From Nemertoderma westbladi (lineage: Eukaryota; Animalia; Xenacoelomorpha), in assembly GCA_032718475.1 (NCBI GenBank), contig JAUCBJ010000991.1:1-34767 (forward strand): 34,767 nt of DNA, in the 5' to 3' direction. The notes beneath the pieces are model-generated. The model saw only the letters and a list, made by a program, of their open reading frames with translations. It did not search any database and was not told the DNA's origin. A program made the translations under genes and the position numbers. Positions 23,038-31,965 of this stretch are shown here, one piece after another. Position 1 is the first letter of the stretch; every line of letters begins with the position of its first letter.

Positions 23038-23100
23038 TATTACGAAGCATAGACAACTGCCAGAACTGTGACTGCCAGCCACCAGGAAGAAAGTTAAAGA

Positions 23101-24090
23101 ATGAGCGAAGAAGCCCGAAATCTAGAGGGAGAGACGACACCACCATGGACCCCAGACGATACCAACGAAACGATCCGTGAGGCCGCGACGCGACGGTATC
23201 GACCCGTAATGCCAAACTCGCCGGAAAGGGACGATCCGGTAGCCCAAACGGGGGGCGGCCATCTACCAGGACGAGAGGACGAGTCGACGCACGACGGCGG
23301 ACGACGTACCGATGTCGCCGGCCCGCCACAGGCCGAGGGCGACGGACAGCCCACCGGAACGGTGACAGTGGGGCCGCCGGTACGACGCCGAACCAGGAGG
23401 GGAGGAGAGGTCGGCGACGAGGACGTCGGAACCAGTGACCGGCTCCAACGAGCCTACAATGCAACAAAGAAACAACTAAAGGAGGCTAGAGAAGGAGTAA
23501 AATAGACCAACGGAATTTGAACCGGCGACTAGGTGAGTCGAATAAACACTTTAGCTACCTAGTTCGCTTCGGGCAGGGAGAAATAGCCAGTGAGAGAGCG
23601 AGGGGGGTCGCCACCGAACTATTTGAACTGTGGCGGTCCGGGATAATGGAGCCCCAAGTGGTGTACATAGGGCCGTATTTAGTGGATGCTAGGGGAATTA
23701 AGTTAGTGGGTTGGGCAGACCCGCACGAGGGCGAATCCGAGATTAACCCCGAGGATTCAGTCTCGTCGGTTAGCGAGAACCCCAGAAAGTTGGGGAAAGT
23801 TAGTAGGACAGAGAGGCGACGTCTGGCGTCTGGCGTGTCAGTTGGACATGGTGGCGCTAGACCAGAAAGAGTTAGAGAGGCAGTTGGAAGAGGGAACTGC
23901 GTTTTTGGAAAGAGAGAGAGAACTGGCGAGAGAGATGGTGGCGCTAGACCAGAAAGAGTTAGAGAGGCAGTTGGAAGAGGGAACTGCGTTTTTGGAAAGA
24001 GAGAGAGAACTGGCGAGAGAGAATAAAGAGAGGGCTGAGAGGGTCGCGAGAAACTTTAGAGAGTGTGAGGAGATAGAAATAAGGGAAGGA
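23101..24090 (+). pseudogene. Element 3 gag N-terminus (stops, frameshifts, truncated by an internal deletion)
   Basis: Homologous to 33422-32493 (RLQRAYNATKK, GVATELFELWRSG, PYLVDARGIKLVGWADPHEGE, LDQKELERQL). Confidence 0.9.
23848..24021 (+). repeat. Perfect 87-bp tandem duplication in the gag coiled-coil
   Basis: atggtggcgctagaccagaaag...ctggcgagagag starts at 23848 and again at 23935. Confidence 0.95.
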
Positions 24091-27000
24091 AAGGAGCCCC
24101 GAGAAGAATGAGTACATTCATAGAACAATAAGAAAGTATGTCGAGAAAGGATGGGCCGTGGAGTTGCCGGTCGACGAACCAAACACAGATAGGACCTATT
24201 ACCTGCCACTTCACGTGGCTCTAGACCCGAAGAAAGGTAAACTGCAGATGGTAGTTGAAGCATCGGCTAAGACCAACGGCAAATGCCTAAATGATTATCT
24301 GCTGGATGGTCCTAATATCTATAACTCAGGAATCGAGGTCCTGCTTAGATTCAGAAATGGGAGGCACGCCTTCACTTGCGACATTGAAGGCATGTTTAAC
24401 CAAGTCCGTGTGACGGAGGAGGATAGTGACAGCCAGCGCTTCCTATGGTACAGCGGCGACGAGGAACCGTCAACAATACCGATGTACAAGATGGTGGTAC
24501 AGAATATGGGTGCCAAGTCGTCCTCATTTACGACGACTGTGGCTGTGAGGGATACAGTAGAGGGGAAAGAGGAGAAATATAGCGCCAAAGCCGTCGATAT
24601 GATTCGACGCGGCTTCTATGTAGATGAGGGAATGGAGTCTGGAAACACGGTTAAAGAACTACTGGATACAGGGCGCGAGGTTCGCAACATCCTGAAGGGA
24701 TCCGGGTTTAACCTGACCAAGTTCCAATCCAGCTCAGAAGAGTTTATGAAAGCCATGGAGGACAGGAGGCCAGAGTCGACGATGGATAATCCCACGACAG
24801 TCAAGGGACAGGACATGGCGAACAAAAGGGTAGAGTCCCAGCAGAAGGCACTAGGGATCGTGTGGAACCAAGAGACAGACGAGTTCAAGTACCAGCTGAG
24901 CCAAGAGGGCGCGGACATCCACACAAAGAGGGGCTATGTATTGTACATAGCAAGGATATACGATCCCCTAGGCCTAGCATCCCCACTGTTAGTAACGGGG
25001 AAACAGATACTTAAGAAAGTATATAAATTAAAGGACGAATGGGATACAGAGGTCCCGGAAGAGATCAGCACTCAGCAGTGGAGTAAGTGGACGGAGAGTT
25101 TAGAACAGATGGGGACATACAGCATGCCACACGTGTATTTCCCGGATGGGGACATGACGAATCTGGATCTACACATGTTCTCCGATGCATCGTTGGAAGC
25201 GTACAGAGCGGCACTCTACCTAGTACAACGAGAGGGGGCTCATAAGCCCAGACTTGCATTCAGCAAAGCAAAGTCGATGCCGCCAGATTCAGCATCGGTC
25301 CCGAAACTCGAGTTGACAGCTGCTAGATTAGGAGTAAGGGCCACAGCCTACCTGATGGATGCTATTCCCAACATAGTGGAAACACACTACTGGACGGACT
25401 CCATGGTAGTGCTTGGTTGGCTTGGAAAGGTGGCACTACTGCCCAACGGACGAGAACCCAGCGGACTTGTTATCGAGGGGCGTGACATGCCACACTTTCT
25501 TGAAGAAGGAAGTATTGTGGCAGCATGGGCCACAATTCCTGAACGATAAGGTGGCCTGGCCACCGATGAAGAAGGTGGACCCGGGCTTAGAGGAAGTAAC
25601 ACTGGAGGAAGAGGGATGAGATTCGGAAGGTGAAGAGATATATAGTCAGATGGCGAGGGAAATGAGGGAGGTGCAACCAAAATCAGAAGAACCATGCGAT
25701 AACCCGACGGATAAACTCCTCAGCTACAGCTCAAGCTGGTACAAGACCAAGAAGTTGGTAGCGTACTGGATAGCCTTCGGGGATTTCCTCAAGGGAATTG
25801 GCAAAGACACCAAGAGGAAACTAAACATCGATCTGGAGGGAGCGGCCAAGGCCGTGATTCGCTACGAACAGAGAAAGAACTACGGCGACGAAGTGGAGCG
25901 CGTCGGGGTAAACAACAACATCTTCGACGGGACAGTGAGCTCATCACACTGTCGCCACAACTCAATGACGGCGGGATATTAGTAATGAACTCCAGAGTGC
26001 TAAATAACAACAGCCTCATTATCCCACCAAAACCCATCATCATCCCAAATAGATCGCCGATAGTCCACCAGATCATTTGGGACTCCCACAAGTCGATATT
26101 GCACGGGGGCACCAACCGGACCCTCACAGAGATACGGAGGACCTTCTGGATCACACAACTGAGAAAGAAGGTGAAGGCGGTAGTGGGACAGTGCCAGACC
26201 TGCCGACGGACAAGGAAGGAGCGGGCCGGACAGGAGATGGCGCCATTACCAGCCAGCAGGGTGAGACAGCACGACCCGCCATTCACGCACTGCGGTGTAG
26301 ATATGTTAGGCCGATAAAGATCAGGGTGATGCGGCACACGGAGAAGCGCTAACGCATTATCTTCATATGTAACAACATACTAGTGTTCTCCGTGTGTCAT
26401 CAGGCGGTAGGAATAGAACTCGCCCAAGACGCAACCGCATTGGCATTCATCAATGCCCTAGAGAGGTTCAGAGACCGCAAAGGTGGGACGATCGCAGTAA
26501 TATACTCCAATAATGGAACCAACTTTGTGGGGGTGGAGAACAAGCTGGCAGAGGCCTTGGACATCCTGGAAGGGGAGGAAGTCAGGGCAGCCATGAGAAG
26601 ACGACAGGTGAAGTGGGAGAGGAGGACGCCGTATGCTCCGCATACTCTAGGATGCGTCAAGAGACTCGTGGGTAGTTCCAAGCGTCTGATGACGAAGTTG
26701 ATGAACAACCACATGGTGACAGAAGATTTACTAAGGACGGTGCTAGCTAAGTGCGAGGGAATCATTAATAGCAGACCGCTATACCCAGAAAATGATGACC
26801 CAGAATCATTAGATGTGCTGACACCCAGTCACTTTCTAATGGAGAGCCCGGCGACCATCGGCATGTGGGGTGGTGTAGACCCAGACGACATACACTCCCG
26901 ACAGAGTTGGAAAGTCGCTAAGGCGATAAGCGCGGAGTACTGGAGGAGGTGGGTTGAGGAATATCTACCCACACTTCATAGGAGGAGTAAGTGGAGAAAT

Positions 27001-27193
27001 GCCACCAGAGAGTTAAAGAAGGGTGATTTGGTGATCGTCACAGATGACACCATCATCAACAATCAGTGGAGTTGTGGGCACTTACTCCGGTGAGGACGGA
27101 AGAGTCCGAATAGGTGGCAAGATAGGAGCGAAAGATAGGAAGACCCACAGGAGGGCTGTAGGAAAGTGCTGCGTACTAGAGGGCGCACCTTAG
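24091..27193 (+). pseudogene. Element 3 RT, RNase H and integrase (decayed)
   Basis: Closely similar inverted copy of 18855-15808; RT motif mutated to YVDEG; several frameshifts; ends GEDGRVR...RRAVGKCCVLEGAP* at 27193. Confidence 0.92.
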
Positions 27194-27360
27194 TGTTTAG
27201 TCGTCCAAGTGTTGGACTGAGGGGGGTGGGATTGAGGGTGAGACGCCCTTCCCACACAAAATATAAAAAATAATAATAAAAATAAAATAATAAGAAAGAG
27301 AGTAAGAGAAAGGAAAGTAATAGTACACAGTAGGTACGTAGTAAGTAAGTAGGCAGATAG

Positions 27361-27765
27361 AAGTTAGTAAGAGTAGTAAGAGGGTACGTAGTACCGTTAA
27401 TAAGAGTTAGTGGAGTTAGTTAGTAAGAGGGTACGTAGTACCGTTATAAAGAGTTAGTGGAGTTAGTTAGTAAGAGGGTACGTAGTACCGTTAGTAAGAG
27501 TTAGTGGAGTTAGTTAGTAAGAGGGTACATAGCACCGTTAGTAAGAGTTAGAGGAGTTAGTTAGTAAGAGGGTACGTAGTACTGTTAGTAGAAGAGTTAG
27601 TAAGAGGGTACGTGTAGTACCGTTAGTAGAGGAGTTAGTAAGAGGGTATGTGTAGTACCGTTAGTAGTAAGAGTTAGTGGTAGGAGGGTATGTAGTATAT
27701 AGCAAGAGTTAGTAAGAGTTAGTAGAAATTAGTTAGAAAGTTAGCAGAGTTAGTAGCGAGTAGTG
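27361..27765 (+). repeat. Minisatellite between pol and ORF3: 47-bp unit decaying to 36-42 bp, about 8 copies
   Basis: gagggtacgtagtaccgtta-like cores near 27380, 27427, 27474, 27521, 27568, 27604, 27642 and 27684, separated by gagttagt subrepeats. Confidence 0.9.
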
Positions 27766-28116
27766 AGAGGGGGGCATGTGGGTACAGCAGGACAGATCGT
27801 GTAGGCTACACGAGACATACTACTGTACTGCACAGCCCGTAGAGTAGGCCAGAATATGGATTAAAAGAAGAAATAATCCATTAATAGATACTGATAGCAC
27901 AGTTGTAGGATTAAAAATAAATATTAAAATCAAAATTAGACAAATTATGGTAACAGTAGGCAAGATATTCCAGAACATAATTAAAGTAACTGACAAAATT
28001 AGGGAATTAGGCAATAACCTAGCATTCAGAGAGAGATAGGCCATTATCGGACCGTACAGACCATCCTAACTACATCACTCACTTATATTGTGCCTTGGCA
28101 AGGCCCCACCTTATAG

Positions 28117-30681
28117 GTGAGCAATCGGGAGAGTTCGAAATAGCGGAGAAACTTGTTTGAAAGAGAAAGGCAGAGTTGGGAGAAAAGGAGATACTGGTGG
28201 ATTTCACCGAAAGGCATCCGGAAGAGAAGACGAGGGGATACTATGAGCGGTTAGAGAAGGGTCACAAGGAGCGAGCGCTGCAGGACCATTTCAGGGAGGT
28301 GCACTAACAGCGGCTGATCAGGACCTATGGGACACCGTCGCTAGACAATGCGATCTTCGAGCATTTCCACTATGTGGTAAAGGGAGACGAGGCGAAGTTC
28401 AGGATACCGAAGTATCCAAAGGAACCACCGAGAAAGGACTGGAAGAGGTTCGTAGAGTCCATCAGCAGTGGAGGATACATGGTTCTAGACAATGAGGGGA
28501 CCATGGAAGACGAGGAAGGTTCGAGAAGAGGAGCGACGGGGTCGGCCAGAACCATACTCCTGCATTTGGCCGCGCCAAATGGGGATATATTCCTGTTCAA
28601 TCTGGGAACGTATGGGAAGAAGAACGGGCCGAAGTTAAACCGGTTGCCAAAGGCGGTGCAGAGCCTAGTAAGAGAGAAGTTGACGATAAAGGTGGGATCG
28701 GCGATCCGCGACGATGCGGAGAGGATCATCGGTCCGGAGACCCCCAACCTCCTGGACATGCAAACGGTCTACATGGCTATGACAGCGCCAGACAGGTTGG
28801 GACTAGTAGAGAACGCGGACCATTGTGGAGCGGTGGCGATGGGCCAGCTAATGGGGCTGGTATGCCACAAGCCAATGGACTGGGGTAAATTCAGGGAGGA
28901 GTACGGAGCGGAGTTGGCGAACTCGCTGAAGTGGCGAGCGAGACCGGGGAAGCAAGAGGTGTATCAATTCCGGAGAGGAGATTCAGGAGGTATATCAGAA
29001 GCGATATATCCTGCAGGAGGACAGAATAATGATAGGTTTGCTAAACCTATTCATGACCGTGGTTATCAAGAGAGAACCAACGGCATTTCTGCTATCGGGA
29101 TCACCCCTGAACTACAGAAGAGCCTTCAAAGTGGCTTTCGAGGGTCTGGTAGACCACCCGGGTCTGAAGGGGGGGTCGGTATATTATAACTGCCAATATC
29201 TAGTAGACGGGGAGGTGGATACGCCATATCAGAGGTGGGAGCAGCTAGAGGCGGATAGACGAGAGGTGAAGCGATTGGAAGAAATTGCTAGACGAGAAAG
29301 GAGAGAGGCAGAAGAAAGGGAGGCGGAAACTAGAGGAGAGGGATACGGGTTCGAGGAACAGGCGGCCTTAGACAATCTACACTGGACATCAGGGAGTTCA
29401 GGCGAGTCTCTAGGGCGAGAATTGGGGTGGACGGTAGGATCACCGAAACAGTCGACATCGGGGTTGCAGACGACGCCCATACCAGCAGGCGCCGAGGGCA
29501 ATTTCGCGGAGAGAAGGCCATGGGAACTGGAAGGATGGAGAGTCACGGGCGAGAGCCAAGGTGGGAAGGGACACAGTGGATCCACCAGGATACCGGGTTT
29601 GGAGCCACTCCCAGAGGAGGACGAGGATGACAATGAGTTCGGAGAGATGCCGCCCATCGGGAGAATCGGCCACTCGGAAACGGACTGGGTTGGCGGGAGA
29701 GTGGTGACGGCCAGCGGGGCGAGAGCCTTCTGGGATAGACCTGGCAAGCGGGCCTGGGTGCATGAGGAGCCGGTGATGGATTTCGCGGGGAGCACCATCG
29801 GGTTGGGCGAGCAACCGGGAACGGCACCACGGGTAGTATTCAGAGAGACAATGCCCAGGCGAGGCGAGGAGATAGACGTGGACAGGGTCGCTAACGTCCA
29901 GAAGTTCGCTTACAAGCGACTCCATAGACAGAGGAGATCGCTTGGGACGAAAGACGACATAGGGCAAGAGGCATTGGTACTCGGCTGCGATTATTGCGGG
30001 AGGCAAACTCACCAGGAAAGGAGCTGCTTGTACCGATTCCAGAAGGGGACGAGTTACCTCTACTGCCGCGAGTTGAGTCATAGGATGGGGGCGTGTCCAC
30101 GGTTGCACAACCGGTGTTCTAAGTGCAACTTCCGGGGGCACTATGGATGCCAGTGCAACTGGATGGATGACGAGGAGAAGTTTAGGATCTTCGAGGAGTG
30201 GGCCGATGCCGGCGCCATGACGCGGCAGCGGATGAAGGCCCAGGAATTCCGGTGGGGCTTCTTTAACATCAACCAGGAGGCCCACCTGGAAATCATTAAA
30301 CGGAGACTTCCGTTTACTTGTCAGGAAGTGTCAATGGCGGCGTCGTATGCCGGAGTGATAAATACGCAGAGGTATTTAGACAGGTGGACGCCACAGAATC
30401 GGGGAGATTTCAGAGATTTCTTGGTGGAGCATGTGCCTCGGGCTATAAAGGTGATCCTATGGGACGCCACTTGGGGGAAGCAACAGTGCCATTTGGAGGG
30501 GCTAATAACACCAGCACCCAAGGAGTCCACGACGGGAATCAGCAGAGAAGTGATGGCAAGGATCAGGAACCTTAAAGGGGATAAGAACAAGGGAGCGGCA
30601 ACGACCAGGAAGCGACTGAGGGAGGAGGACGACAGAGGGAAGGAACTGAGATGGTTCCCAAAGTCAGGAGGAGCGAACTAG
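28117..30681 (+). pseudogene. ORF3 of element 3 (~850 codons reconstructed): DEDDy/WRN-like 3'-5' exonuclease domain, acidic linker and three CCHC zinc knuckles
   Basis: ExoI-like YMVLDNEG; LLHLAAPNGDIFLF; LPKAVQSLVREKLTIKVGSAIRDDAERI (ExoII-like); NLLDMQ; after a +1 frameshift (28930-28980) QKRYILQED (ExoIII-like). Knuckles CDYCGRQTHQERSC, (Y)LYCRELSHRMGAC and CSKCNFRGHYGCQC. Frame extends upstream through TGA 28158 and TAA 28305. Confidence 0.75.
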
Positions 30682-31417
30682 AACTTAGAGGGGGAAATGT
30701 GGAGATGCCTGGAAGGCACCACACGTGAAGTAATACGAACTCCTAAGTGCAAATTTAATTAAAAGTGCAATTAGTATGTACGTATGAAATAATCATTAGT
30801 ATATAGTCATATAGCAAATATAAAGTAAGTACTATAGTCATGCAACCTTTTTTCCAATTAGCTACTGGGACTGGGGGGCCAATTGACTGTGACAGGAGGA
30901 TGGGAGACTAGACGTAGCACTACACACTTGACGCTTCTTAAGTGCGACGGCACGGAAGGGGAGGGTGAGGCTCGCCAGGAGCAAATAGGAATCGAGTATA
31001 GAACGCGTGGAGAGAAGGCGAGTGCAATTCAAGTGTGGGGGGGGGAGGAGTAAGAGGCAGATTGAGGGACAGGTGGTCCGGAAGTTAGAGTGAAGGTAGA
31101 AGAGAAGTAGAGGAGAATCAGGGTGAGAGTGGAGAAGTTAGAGTCAGTCAGAGCGGAGTTAGAGTGGAGAGAATAGTGGGGAGATAAAATTGTGTGAGAG
31201 AAATCTACAATTTTCGCGACCCGAGACGCCAGATGTCTTGGTGCAACATAGGTGAAGTTGCACCAAGAGAGGGTAGCAATATCATACCCATAGGGAGCAG
31301 CCTGGAAAGCCGGCTCCAAGAAAGACAACTCCACCTCACACCCGATAGTAGATCGGGTTCCAGCAGAATTGAAGCACACTCGTTGGTGATGGTATCTTCT
31401 CACCGGGAAGATAGCAT

Positions 31418-31425
31418 GGGGGGAG
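31418..31425 (+). other. Polypurine tract of element 3
   Basis: GGGGGGAG directly before the 3' LTR TGTGAG. Confidence 0.8.
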
Positions 31426-31960
31426 TGTGAGCGGATTCAATTCAGCTCCACCAACCCCATAAAGTTGGGAAGTGGCGTTTTAAGCAATATTGGGGAGTAC
31501 GAGGTTGATTACAATCAACCTCGTATCACCCCCAATAAAGGGGGACAACACACGGCCCCAAAGAGCCACACACAAAAGAGGTTATAGGTCAAACCTCTTG
31601 GAGAGGGAAAGTGACAGCAGCGGGAGGGAAACACTCCCACAGAGGTGGGAGCTGAGAATTAAGTAGAGGTAGAGTAGAGTTAAGTAGAGTAGAGGTGAAT
31701 ATATATTACCGGTTAGTGTTTGTATCCTATTCAGTTATCTCAGTACGGTGACACTTTAGTACCATCACCGCCGTCACCAACATTTATATTATCAATTTAC
31801 CGGTACAACATCCAAGTTATATCATGCTATCATATTCTATATTGTATACTATATTTCGACCCTATTAATAATACTGGAACGACAACAACAAACTCTTTTC
31901 ACAACCGTGCGGCAATGCGTAACTAAAATCAACCGGTCGGGATCCTCCGATCCCGTCACA
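31426..31960 (+). repeat. 3' LTR of element 3 (535 bp)
   Basis: Direct repeat of 22443-23023 with roughly 16 substitutions by eye plus two larger indels; TATATA at 31700 and TCAGTT at 31731. Confidence 0.95.
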
Positions 31961-31965
31961 GGTTG
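31961..31965. repeat. Right target-site duplication GGTTG of element 3
   Basis: Matches 22438-22442. Confidence 0.92.

Larger units (their letters stand above)
22443..31960 (+). mobile_element. BEL/Pao LTR retrotransposon (inner element 3): both LTRs, internal deletion, extra 3' ORF
   Basis: Two direct LTRs (TGTGA...TCACA), 5-bp TSD, PPT before the 3' LTR, gag fragment, RT-RNaseH-integrase and ORF3. Confidence 0.95.

Noticed and set aside
23024-23045. Conventional tRNA primer-binding site
   Set aside because: No TGG near either 5' LTR end. A tRNA-fragment match cannot be excluded without a search, but the loop covariation explains both sequences.
27361-27765. CRISPR array or telomeric (TTAGG) repeat
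   Set aside because: The spacers are near-identical (a minisatellite) and the subunit is GAGTTAGT, not TTAGG
29229-30285. Minus-strand ORFs of 189 and 281 aa, and similar ORFs opposite pol
   Set aside because: Shadow frames of purine-rich coding strands with no recognisable motifs
28374-30681. env gene
   Set aside because: No signal peptide or transmembrane anchor evident; exonuclease-like and CCHC motifs are present instead
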